This document shows positions 17,314 through 25,649 of a stretch of 35,920 nucleotides of DNA, in pieces. The notes below the pieces were generated by a model. The model was not told the origin of the DNA, made no database searches, and worked only from the letters and a program-made list of their open reading frames with translations. A program made the position numbers and the translations under genes. Positions within the stretch are counted from its first letter, which is position 1; each line of letters starts with the position of its first letter. Source of the stretch: a virus (Duplodnaviria > Caudoviricetes); IMG/VR virus record IMGVR_UViG_3300035396_000120, positions 1 to 35,920 of that record, one strand, 5' to 3'.

Positions 17314-17344
17314 AGTGCAAAAATAAATAGTTAAATAAAGATAA
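17314..17344 (+). promoter_or_regulatory. Candidate bipartite middle promoter
   Basis: AGTGCAAAAA...TAAAGATAA. Confidence 0.5.
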
Positions 17345-17372
17345 AGGTATACTAATAATAAATGGAGAAATT

Positions 17373-17600
17373 ATGAAACTAGTAATGTCAAAGAAACAAA
17401 AAGAAGAGATAATAAATAAAAAAGCAGAAAAGATAGGTACTGCTATCGGTGAATTTATAGTAAATATACTTACAGGACTAATAGCTGTAGGTAAATTCCT
17501 GCTAAAGGTTTTACTATTTATACTAAATATGCCTATAACAACTGGTATTATATGCTTTGCCTTATATATACTTATACTTAAACTACTAGGGAAATTCTAG
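17373..17600 (+). CDS. Small membrane protein
   Basis: Basic N-terminus followed by about 50 hydrophobic residues; GGAG RBS. Confidence 0.7.
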   Translation: MKLVMSKKQKEEIINKKAEKIGTAIGEFIVNILTGLIAVGKFLLKVLLFILNMPITTGIICFALYILILKLLGKF

Positions 17601-17603
17601 ATT

Positions 17604-18320
17604 ATGCTACAGTCATTCTACCAAGATTTGAAAACTTATAAACAACTCACCAATGAGGAAACAATTGCACTTATATTAAAAGCAAGAGAGAATAACTTTT
17701 CAGGTAAGGAGAATGACTGTATTATAAAAGGTAATGCTAAGTTAATACTACATATTATCAAGAAGAAGTATGGGGAAGATTTTAACCTAGATGACATTGT
17801 AACTGGTATGATGGCTATGGATAAGGCCATTAGACAATTTGATGAGTCTAAGGAATTAACATTTGCAGCATATGCTTATATAAAAATAGCTTACGCATTG
17901 AAGAGATATAGGTTATTGGAGAATAGAAAGATTAAAGTTAAGCTTGCGGATATCCAGAAGGAAGGTTTCCTTGAAGATAATAACCTAATATTTGGTTCTA
18001 TTGATGAGATTAACCAAGCTACTGGAAACACGTTAGGTGATAATTCAAACTATACCTCAATCACTGGTGAAAGATATATGACTTCTGATGAGCATATTGA
18101 AAGGAAAAATGTAGAAGCTATAATATTAAGCTGTATAGATAAAATCTATGTTAAGATGAGAAAAACTATACACATGTATTACTTCACAATAAGTACACCT
18201 TCCGAAATATGCAAAGAACTTGGAATAAGTAGGAGCTTATTATCACATAGACTACACATATTCCATAAACTACTTGAAAAAGAACTAATTAGACTTGGAT
18301 ATAGGGAGCAATTAAAATGA
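17604..18320 (+). CDS. Sigma-70 family RNA polymerase sigma factor
   Basis: Region 2 NAKLI...GMMAMDKAIRQFDESKELTFAAYA; region 4 HTH SEICKELGISRS. Confidence 0.88.
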   Translation: MLQSFYQDLKTYKQLTNEETIALILKARENNFSGKENDCIIKGNAKLILHIIKKKYGEDFNLDDIVTGMMAMDKAIRQFDESKELTFAAYAYIKIAYALKRYRLLENRKIKVKLADIQKEGFLEDNNLIFGSIDEINQATGNTLGDNSNYTSITGERYMTSDEHIERKNVEAIILSCIDKIYVKMRKTIHMYYFTISTPSEICKELGISRSLLSHRLHIFHKLLEKELIRLGYREQLK

Positions 18321-18508
18321 AACAGAAACTTAAAATTGAAATATATATGGCAGATAATGAAAAATATATTGTAGAATACAATGGGAGTAATAAATCTAAA
18401 CACATATTAGCATTTGATACTATACAGCAAGTTAAAGATGAGGTACAATATTTAGTAAGCACGAGAGATGAGAAAAGTTTCTTTTATTTTGGGGAAGAAG
18501 AGTCTTGA
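18317..18508 (+). CDS. Hypothetical protein
   Basis: 63 aa, ATGA overlap with the sigma gene, GGGAG RBS. Confidence 0.65.
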   Translation: MKQKLKIEIYMADNEKYIVEYNGSNKSKHILAFDTIQQVKDEVQYLVSTRDEKSFFYFGEEES

Positions 18509-18533
18509 CATAAATCAATAATCATAGTATAAT
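18505..18533 (+). promoter_or_regulatory. Consensus sigma-70 promoter
   Basis: TTGACA-17 bp-TATAAT. Confidence 0.85.
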
Positions 18534-18583
18534 ATAAATAAACGAACGGTCTATGTTTAACATAGGTCGTCAAGGGGAAAATA

Positions 18584-19021
18584 ATGAACCAAATAACAAA
18601 TCCAAATGAAAAAATGTACACTGTAAAAGAAGTTGCAGTAATGATTGGTTGTCAACAAGACACACTAGACGATAAAGAATACGAGTACGAAAAAAGAGGT
18701 CTTTTTACAATAAGAAAAATTAAAAACCAAGATTTAGTAAAATTTAACCAAGAGGAAGAATATAGTGTTTACATAGCACATGATAAAGTGAAAAATATAT
18801 ATAAAATAGGAAAATCTATAAACCCAATTAAAAGAGTGAGAAGCTTAAAATGCTCAAACTTAGATATTGAATTGATTTCCTATAGGAGAGGATATTCTAT
18901 ATTAGAAAAAGATATGCATAAAAATTATAAAGATTATTGTATTGGTGGTGAGTGGTTTAATTTTACAGAAGAAAAATTAAGAGAAATACTTAAAAAGTAC
19001 TCTATGTCTATAATAAAATAG
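18584..19021 (+). CDS. GIY-YIG (T5orf172/MUG113-like) nuclease-domain protein
   Basis: VYI...YKIGKSINP.KR...LEKDMH...GEWF; N-terminal MYTVKEVA HTH-like stub. Confidence 0.85.
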   Translation: MNQITNPNEKMYTVKEVAVMIGCQQDTLDDKEYEYEKRGLFTIRKIKNQDLVKFNQEEEYSVYIAHDKVKNIYKIGKSINPIKRVRSLKCSNLDIELISYRRGYSILEKDMHKNYKDYCIGGEWFNFTEEKLREILKKYSMSIIK

Positions 19022-19036
19022 CAAAAGGATAAGTTT

Positions 19037-19060
19037 AACTGTGCAGGTACCCGCACAGTT
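19037..19060. terminator. Hairpin between convergent early and late arms
   Basis: AACTGTGC-8 nt-GCACAGTT. Confidence 0.65.
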
Positions 19061-19064
19061 GCTA

Positions 19065-19403
19065 CTAATTCTTTAGGACTAATACAGCACCTGTAGCTAT
19101 TGCACATACGAAACCTATTACAAATCCAATAAATCCACTTTTGACTATTAGTACACGTGTTTCTTTCTTTGATTCCAAATATAAGTTACCATTATTAATA
19201 GCCAAATTGCTATAGTAATAAGCATCTTTCTTCAAGGTATCATAAGTCTCCAATTTAAGAAGTAGTTGTTCACCTTGTTCTATTGGTAAGGTTAGCTTAC
19301 TACCATCTATGTTAAAGTCAAAGTCTTCCGTTTTGTTTCCGAAGACGGCTGAGCAACTCAGCATCAGAACTAGGAGGATTTGACATAATTTCTTTGCGTT
19401 CAT
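19065..19403 (-). CDS. Spanin-like protein with N-terminal signal/lipobox and C-terminal TM
   Basis: LLVLMLSC signal; C-terminal GFIGFVIGFVCAIATGAVLVL; overlaps the upstream gene by 86 bp. Confidence 0.55.
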   Translation of the reverse strand: MNAKKLCQILLVLMLSCSAVFGNKTEDFDFNIDGSKLTLPIEQGEQLLLKLETYDTLKKDAYYYSNLAINNGNLYLESKKETRVLIVKSGFIGFVIGFVCAIATGAVLVLKN

Positions 19404-19551
19404 TGGAATTTTCCTTTATTTTTTCTTTAATTTCGTTATTTTCTTTCTCTATATATACAATCTTTTCTTTGCTTTTAGTCCTAAATAGTAATACATTTAT
19501 AACTATACTAAGTACTAATAAGCAAGATATTACGATAATAAATTGAATCAT
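19318..19551 (-). CDS. i-spanin-like protein
   Basis: N-terminal TM plus charged coiled coil, ATGA-coupled to the holin. Confidence 0.55.
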   Translation of the reverse strand: MIQFIIVISCLLVLSIVINVLLFRTKSKEKIVYIEKENNEIKEKIKENSNERKEIMSNPPSSDAELLSRLRKQNGRL

Positions 19552-19784
19552 CTTTTAAATACTCCCTCAAATACCCCTACACCTAATAAAGTTCCACCAG
19601 TTACGGCAAATACCTTTATCACATCTAAAGCAGTTCCTGGGTCTTTAACTACAACAAATAGAGAAGCAAAATATAATCCTATTCCCATAGCAGCAGCTAT
19701 TGATAAACATATTACACCAGATACTCTTTTTGATGATAAATCTCCGTCACTGTCTTCTAAAATACCTTTTTTAATTTCACTCAT
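19548..19784 (-). CDS. Holin-like membrane protein
   Basis: 78 aa, two TM segments, DGDLSSKR motif, located in the lysis cassette. Confidence 0.65.
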   Translation of the reverse strand: MSEIKKGILEDSDGDLSSKRVSGVICLSIAAAMGIGLYFASLFVVVKDPGTALDVIKVFAVTGGTLLGVGVFEGVFKR

Positions 19785-19888
19785 TTTATTAATTCCTTTA
19801 TTTTCCTAATTTTTTTAATCAACTTAATAATACCATATTTATCTTTATTTTTTCTTATTTCCCATCGTTCTTTTTGTGCTATAGACAT
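19781..19888 (-). CDS. 35-aa cationic peptide ORF (absent from ORF track)
   Basis: AAGGA RBS; MSIAQKERWEIRKNKDKYGIIKLIKKIRKIKELIK; ATGA overlap with the holin start. Confidence 0.4.
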   Translation of the reverse strand: MSIAQKERWEIRKNKDKYGIIKLIKKIRKIKELIK

Positions 19889-19904
19889 TTTTTATCCTTT
19901 TCGA

Positions 19905-19972
19905 AGTGCTGTACGGGAATTGCACCCGCGACTTCTATGTTTATAGTTGTATTCCTGCTATACTAACAGCAC
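19905..19972 (-). tRNA. tRNA-like element with truncated anticodon arm
   Basis: Acceptor GTGCTGT/ACAGCAC, D-stem GTAT/ATAC, variable AAGTC, T-arm GCGGG-TGCAATT-CCCGT; anticodon arm is only CTAT-AAAC-ATAG. Confidence 0.7.
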
Positions 19973-19979
19973 ATAAGTT

Positions 19980-20402
19980 TTAACCAATCAACTCAAAATG
20001 TGGGTAATCTTTAAAATCTTTAAAGTCTCCACCCCATCTTGCTTTAATCCTGAGTTCCTGTGCCTTATATAAAAATACGTCAGCCATACGCTTAAATCTT
20101 TCAATATCTTTCCAATCAATAGGATATGGGGCAATATCTACTGCTAAAGAAGGCTTTACGTTATGCTTAGATAAATCAGTTATACCATCTTTATATGTCT
20201 TTATTTCTTTCTTATCTACAATAATCCAATGGCCATCTATAAGTTGTCTTCCTACTTGGAACAGTTCAAATTGTTCTTTAGTTGACCTATGTCCATACAG
20301 TACAGATACGTCCATAACTTCTAATACAGCATGTACTAAAGTTATCAATCTATTGTCACATGTTACTAAATTCTTTGCACTTGTCTTACTTAAACTATAC
20401 AT
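19980..20402 (-). CDS. Endolysin, M15 family L-Ala-D-Glu peptidase
   Basis: GHRSTKEQ, SKHN...LAVDIAP, WGGDF, DYPHFEL. Confidence 0.92.
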   Translation of the reverse strand: MYSLSKTSAKNLVTCDNRLITLVHAVLEVMDVSVLYGHRSTKEQFELFQVGRQLIDGHWIIVDKKEIKTYKDGITDLSKHNVKPSLAVDIAPYPIDWKDIERFKRMADVFLYKAQELRIKARWGGDFKDFKDYPHFELIG

Positions 20403-21123
20403 ATTGACCCCTGATTTTTTTCTGATTATTATAAAGCTCTGTTAGTATAACTACTACCTCGTTATCCCAAAATTCTATCGCCCTTGAAATGAATAAGTGT
20501 GAGTTTCTTTCATACCACATTTTAACTTTTTCTCTATCAGTAATGTACTCTAACTGTTCTACTTTTGTTATCATATAGTATTGAACATTCTCCAATGACT
20601 CTTGTATTCTAGAGCTTCTATATGATTGCCAGGTACCTTCTAAATTCTTCTGCACTATATGATTGTCTTCAATTATTCCCCAGACCTCATCCATCATGTG
20701 TACTCTAAGCTTTTCTATTACATCTGATATAAGTAAATGGTCTCTTGTATCTTTTAGGTTAATACCCCTACCATTTATATCATGGAATACTTGATGATAA
20801 CCCTCGTAAGCGTATTCATTTAAGATGTTATTAGCTTTATATGTTACTATTTGCCGTAATCTCTTATAAATAGGTGACTCTAGTTCCTTATACTTTATAC
20901 CATCTTCAAAAGCATCTAAAAGAAATCTCTTATGTTCAGGATATAATTCACATGTGTTATGCTCTTTCTTAACAGTTGGCTCTATTCCACCAGGAGTAAT
21001 AGACACTTTCCCAATCTTAAACGCTGTTTTTGTTAGGATTAGTATTGTTAAAATAACTATTACTATACTTCCTGTTACTACAAGTATCGGTACACTCGTA
21101 AATATACCTGTTAGAAATTCCAT
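20395..21123 (-). CDS. Single-pass membrane protein upstream of the endolysin (possible holin/antiholin)
   Basis: N-terminal hydrophobic segment, helical soluble domain, overlaps the endolysin start. Confidence 0.55.
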   Translation of the reverse strand: MEFLTGIFTSVPILVVTGSIVIVILTILILTKTAFKIGKVSITPGGIEPTVKKEHNTCELYPEHKRFLLDAFEDGIKYKELESPIYKRLRQIVTYKANNILNEYAYEGYHQVFHDINGRGINLKDTRDHLLISDVIEKLRVHMMDEVWGIIEDNHIVQKNLEGTWQSYRSSRIQESLENVQYYMITKVEQLEYITDREKVKMWYERNSHLFISRAIEFWDNEVVVILTELYNNQKKIRGQYV

Positions 21124-21133
21124 TTTCTATCCT

Positions 21134-21634
21134 TTATTCAGGTTCAATTACATAATTTTTAAGTAATTCTACGTCATCTTCTGAATTAATATATTGTTTA
21201 TCAGTTTCGTGATTAGCTAAAATACCTTTGTACCACCTATGTAGGTCTTCTAGTCTAGCTTTTTCTGTTTGCTCTTCTAGTGTTAAAGCTATGTTTTCAA
21301 GTTTTTTGTTTAGAAAAGACATATACATCATTTGATATTTGTCTTTCTTATCTTGATTATATAAACCTTCAAGGAAGTTATGATAGGTTCTATCTAGTTC
21401 TTGTAACTTCATTGCTCTAAAATATTCTTTCTCTTTTACAGAATCTCTTGTAAATGAATAAGAAATACTCTTACCTTCTATAAGATATTCAGGCTCATTT
21501 AAAGTATCATACTCTGGATTATATCCTGTATCTACAAAGTTATAAAACTTATGCTTATTTACAAGTTCTTCATCTGTAACTAACCATGCTGGTCGATTGA
21601 AATTTAACTTTTTGTCTATTATTCTACATATCAT
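21134..21634 (-). CDS. Putative tail fibre assembly protein
   Basis: Follows the fibre gene; start moved to ATG 21634 behind AAGGGA. Confidence 0.55.
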   Translation of the reverse strand: MICRIIDKKLNFNRPAWLVTDEELVNKHKFYNFVDTGYNPEYDTLNEPEYLIEGKSISYSFTRDSVKEKEYFRAMKLQELDRTYHNFLEGLYNQDKKDKYQMMYMSFLNKKLENIALTLEEQTEKARLEDLHRWYKGILANHETDKQYINSEDDVELLKNYVIEPE

Positions 21635-21635
21635 T

Positions 21636-22439
21636 TTATATCCCTTCTCTGTTTCTATCACTGAAATCTGTTTTCAAATAATTCCATACTTTAACATTAT
21701 CTATCTTTCCTTGCCCATTAAACGCAACAGCCTGCCAATGTGCGCAAGCAATTTGTCCCAATCCTGCTGAATTATTCCAATGGGTGTCTGTACTTGTATC
21801 AGAGTTAATGCTCCAAGATACTAGTACATTATTCACATAAACTTTAACTCTATTAGCTTTTGCTATTCCATTGGTGAAATCTACAGAGATAGCTAAGTGA
21901 AATGTATTTACTACACCCATAGTTAGACCTAAAGTTGCAGGGGAGCCCCTATATCTTAGATAGCTTGTAGATTCCCCTGCTGGATAAAAATCGAAGGTAA
22001 ACTGACTTATATTTCCACCCCAATATATATTTATACTTGGATTTATGGCATCGCGATACTGTGAAGCAATAAGGCTTCTAATGCCGCTATTCAAAGTAGC
22101 TTGACACCAAGCTTCCACAGTAATTGTCTTTTGGTTAGTAAAAGTAAAATCAACCCCACTTGGGACAATATTTGTTTGCGCATAAACAGCGTTCCCAAAC
22201 TTTACCCCAGAAACAAAAGTAGGTGACCCATACAAAACTCCATTAACACCGATTTCACTAGTAACAACCCCACCACTTTGGGATTCTAACTTATTCCAAA
22301 GAATTGGCCTTTGAAAGCTCTTCTTCCATATACCATTATTCTTTTCCCATACCTCAGAAGGTATTTTCCAGCTACTATTATGTTTTACATAAGGTGTAGG
22401 TGTTTTAATAGAGGTATCTTTAACACTTATATTATTCAT
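21636..22439 (-). CDS. LamG/concanavalin A-like tail receptor-binding protein
   Basis: GVKFGNA, TITVEAW, FHLAIS, VKVYVNN, GKIDNVKVWN. Confidence 0.75.
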   Translation of the reverse strand: MNNISVKDTSIKTPTPYVKHNSSWKIPSEVWEKNNGIWKKSFQRPILWNKLESQSGGVVTSEIGVNGVLYGSPTFVSGVKFGNAVYAQTNIVPSGVDFTFTNQKTITVEAWCQATLNSGIRSLIASQYRDAINPSINIYWGGNISQFTFDFYPAGESTSYLRYRGSPATLGLTMGVVNTFHLAISVDFTNGIAKANRVKVYVNNVLVSWSINSDTSTDTHWNNSAGLGQIACAHWQAVAFNGQGKIDNVKVWNYLKTDFSDRNREGI

Positions 22440-22844
22440 TTAAGCATCCACTTTAAACCAAATATCACCATCAACGCCACCAGTAGGAGTACCAGTGGAT
22501 ATTGTTATTCTACTTGTTGTATACACGTTAGCTGGAAGTAAAGTAGTTGCTATAGCCTGTCCCGATGCATCAGCAGTTAATATATACCCTTCAGTGGCTG
22601 GTGATAGTAAATCCATTTTATCTGCTTGTAAATCGTCTATATTAGTTTGTATTGTCCCAATATCTGATGACAAAGTAGCAATAGAGGATACACTAGAATC
22701 GACCTGTGCTTGTATATCTGAATCCATTTGAATAATAGATTCTTTTCCATTAGTAATAGCAAAGCCTATTACATTTTGTGAGCCAGTACCTGATGGTAAA
22801 TCTTCAGGTGCTATTGTTGGTAGTTGTGATAAATAATCAGCCAT
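22440..22844 (-). CDS. Tail fibre N-terminal module
   Basis: Heptad coil, TISTGTPTGGVDGDIWF; paralogous to the N-terminus of 22872-23618. Confidence 0.7.
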   Translation of the reverse strand: MADYLSQLPTIAPEDLPSGTGSQNVIGFAITNGKESIIQMDSDIQAQVDSSVSSIATLSSDIGTIQTNIDDLQADKMDLLSPATEGYILTADASGQAIATTLLPANVYTTSRITISTGTPTGGVDGDIWFKVDA

Positions 22845-22871
22845 TTATTGTTCCTTTTATTATTAAAATCA

Positions 22872-23618
22872 TTATTTTATTCTATACGCAATCATATATC
22901 CACAAGAAATAGATACTTGAGTGCTACCCATTATTATATAACTCCATCCATTTCTTATGCCACACATGTTGATAGTTTTAGTTCCAGAAGTTATAGTTAT
23001 TATACCTTCACATGATACTGGCAAAAGATAACCTGAATGTGTTTGATTAACTACACCACCGCCAAATGCGGAAGTACCTTCATATAAACGTAAAGAAAAT
23101 AAATCTTGGACACTTGTGTACATTCCTGTATAACCCCTAACTATCCAAGTGCCTACACCTAAAGTTAATGATGGGGCACTAGCATTATTAAATATTAAAT
23201 TATTATTAATAACACCAACTTGGTAATACCCATTTTCTCCAGTACTTTCTTTTAATGAATCTCCTAGGTCAAATAAATACTTAGAGGTAGTTACATAAGC
23301 TGTGCTATCTGTTGGTGCATTCTGAAACTGTTTACCACTTGATTCTGCTTGCCCATTCTCATCTGATTGAAGAATATATCCATCAGCAGGAGTAATCTTA
23401 TCCATTTTATCAGTTTGTAAATCGCCTATATCAGAAGTATTTGTAGAAATATCAGAAGTATTTGTATCTACTTGTGCTTGTATATCTGAATCAATCTGTA
23501 TCTTGGATTCTTTACCATCAGCTACTGCAAAACCAACAACATCTTGTATTCCTACACCTTGTGCTAGTTCTGAAGGCTCTATTACTGGAATAGTTCCTGC
23601 TAAATATACTGTACTCAT
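22872..23618 (-). CDS. Tail fibre protein
   Basis: Coil NTSDISTNTSDI plus C-terminal beta domain (LTLGVGTWIV...MIAYRIK). Confidence 0.7.
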   Translation of the reverse strand: MSTVYLAGTIPVIEPSELAQGVGIQDVVGFAVADGKESKIQIDSDIQAQVDTNTSDISTNTSDIGDLQTDKMDKITPADGYILQSDENGQAESSGKQFQNAPTDSTAYVTTSKYLFDLGDSLKESTGENGYYQVGVINNNLIFNNASAPSLTLGVGTWIVRGYTGMYTSVQDLFSLRLYEGTSAFGGGVVNQTHSGYLLPVSCEGIITITSGTKTINMCGIRNGWSYIIMGSTQVSISCGYMIAYRIK

Positions 23619-25639
23619 ATTATCCCCACATATGGAACATGTCCATTACCAAGATATTTACCACTAAAACTAGATTTAATAAGTGTTGGTTGCATAAATA
23701 AATTACCATAAGTATAAGCTACCCTTAATGTTAGCCCAATAGTATTGTTTATAAAATCTGGAGAAGTTTGAACTATTTCACACAAAATATAACCATATAC
23801 TAGTTTAACATCTGTGTTTGCAAGTAATCTAACAAAATCACCTGCTCTTAAATCAAAAGCTCTAACAGATTGTATGTAAATATTGGCTGGTATACTAATA
23901 TCGAATTGAGTATTAGGGTACCATAATATCTTACTTAGTCTTGTTATTTGGTCATTAACATCAGCAGTATCATATAACAATGTCTTATAATCAGCAGGTA
24001 ATGTAGCATTTGAGTCATAATCTTTTCTAGCCGCTCCACTATTTGTTTTATCTATCTTAGTATAAAACTCAGACTTGGAATAATTTTGATTATATTCCAT
24101 TTTAATATTAGCTGCAACACTTTCACTATCTACTTTTGGACTAACTCCAGTTCTACCATTTAATAATAAATCAGGTGTAATAGTGCATAAATAACTAGTA
24201 TCATCCCAGTTAAAATCTTTCCAGGTATAGAATAGTGTATCTTTTTCTATTTGAAACTCTGTATTAACAAAAGAACGTTGAATATCTTCTATAAGAGAAT
24301 TAAGCTCTGTGGGCTGGTTTATATACATACCTATTTTAGGTGCAGTTAAAGATACAGCAGTCCAATCAATCATGTTAAAGTAATAATTACTGAAACTTAT
24401 ATTAAGAGTGTCTATTAATAGATGTTTGGCTATGTCAAGAGCATTATCCATTAGTAAATCATTTTCATCTACTATACCACTGACATCTGCTGAAATTGTA
24501 TTGAAAGATTTGTAACTCTGTGTTACAGCCTCAGCAGTTCCAGTTAAAACTATAAATCTCTCTCTTATTATCTCGAAATAAGCTATTCTTCTACCATCTG
24601 CTTGTGTTAAGTATTGAATAGTTGGGGTATCTGTTATAGCAATGTTTTCTAAATATACCTTGTTGATAGATACCATGTCTGTTGGAGCATAACCAAGTAA
24701 GTAATAATATACTGGGTTTAAAACACCAGGAATAGCATTCTCATTTAAACAAGGACAAGGTACTCCTCTAACTTTACCATATATATGAGGTATTAATATA
24801 GAAGGTTTATCTTCTTGTTCTTCAGGATAGAATAAAGGCCATTCACTCATATCTAATTCATAAGCTCCAACCATATCTGTCATAGAACGTCTAATATCAA
24901 TCATATCTATTTTAAAAGAATTACTTCCGTCAGAGGTATTATTCTCTGTGATAGATTTAACTTTACCAGCAAATATTGTTTTAAAGTCCTCAAATACAGG
25001 GTCTACTCCATTTTCAAGTAAGGCTACTTTTAATCTACCTTTCAAACCTATCTTAGGTGGAGATGTTTCTCTTGTGGTATTATCTCTTCCGAACACGTAG
25101 TGATTGTATGCTCCATCAGCGTTTTGTATAATAACTGTACCTGAGTCATAAGTTTGGATACCCGCTAGAACATTATCGCGTTTAGTACCTATTTTAGGTA
25201 CTTCTAGCAATCTAGGTTCAAACTCTATACCACTTAAATCAAGTTGTACCTTAGAGTTAGATTTATAAAATCCTTCATAAGAACTTAATAATATGCTTGT
25301 AGTTTCTGATGGATAATAGTATGGGGTGTTGCTATTAGGGAAATGTATAAGTAATAGAAAATCTCCATAGTAAAATGAACCTGGAGTTTGGATTACTTCT
25401 GCTTTTGTATATTTCTTAGTTAGTAGTGTAACATCATAAGTTGTATCAATGTTTTCAATTACTTTAACATCTGAGATTACATACATCTCTTTCTGTACCA
25501 TTCTTTCAGGCTGTAATACAGAATATAAGGTATCTGTATAATCGTTATTTACTTTTATTCCCCATACACCAGCATAAAGAGGAAAAAACCTCATTTGCCG
25601 TATAGGTGATTCTAGTTCGAATATTTCTATGTATTCCAA
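23615..25639 (-). CDS. Tail tip / baseplate hub protein
   Basis: TTG start with AAGGA RBS; IFAGKV, IPHIYG, DLRAGDFV; tail block position. Confidence 0.7.
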   Translation of the reverse strand: MEYIEIFELESPIRQMRFFPLYAGVWGIKVNNDYTDTLYSVLQPERMVQKEMYVISDVKVIENIDTTYDVTLLTKKYTKAEVIQTPGSFYYGDFLLLIHFPNSNTPYYYPSETTSILLSSYEGFYKSNSKVQLDLSGIEFEPRLLEVPKIGTKRDNVLAGIQTYDSGTVIIQNADGAYNHYVFGRDNTTRETSPPKIGLKGRLKVALLENGVDPVFEDFKTIFAGKVKSITENNTSDGSNSFKIDMIDIRRSMTDMVGAYELDMSEWPLFYPEEQEDKPSILIPHIYGKVRGVPCPCLNENAIPGVLNPVYYYLLGYAPTDMVSINKVYLENIAITDTPTIQYLTQADGRRIAYFEIIRERFIVLTGTAEAVTQSYKSFNTISADVSGIVDENDLLMDNALDIAKHLLIDTLNISFSNYYFNMIDWTAVSLTAPKIGMYINQPTELNSLIEDIQRSFVNTEFQIEKDTLFYTWKDFNWDDTSYLCTITPDLLLNGRTGVSPKVDSESVAANIKMEYNQNYSKSEFYTKIDKTNSGAARKDYDSNATLPADYKTLLYDTADVNDQITRLSKILWYPNTQFDISIPANIYIQSVRAFDLRAGDFVRLLANTDVKLVYGYILCEIVQTSPDFINNTIGLTLRVAYTYGNLFMQPTLIKSSFSGKYLGNGHVPYVGII

Positions 25640-25649
25640 ATTATATTCC

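Noticed and set aside
10669-18403. Minus-strand ORFs in the early arm (10669, 12750, 13785, 15019, 15520, 17636, 18179)
   Set aside because: Antisense shadows with I/F/S-rich composition
19905-19972. Assigning an amino-acid identity or suppressor role to the tRNA-like element
   Set aside because: There is no 7-nt anticodon loop, and genes are intact in the standard code, so there is no sign of recoding
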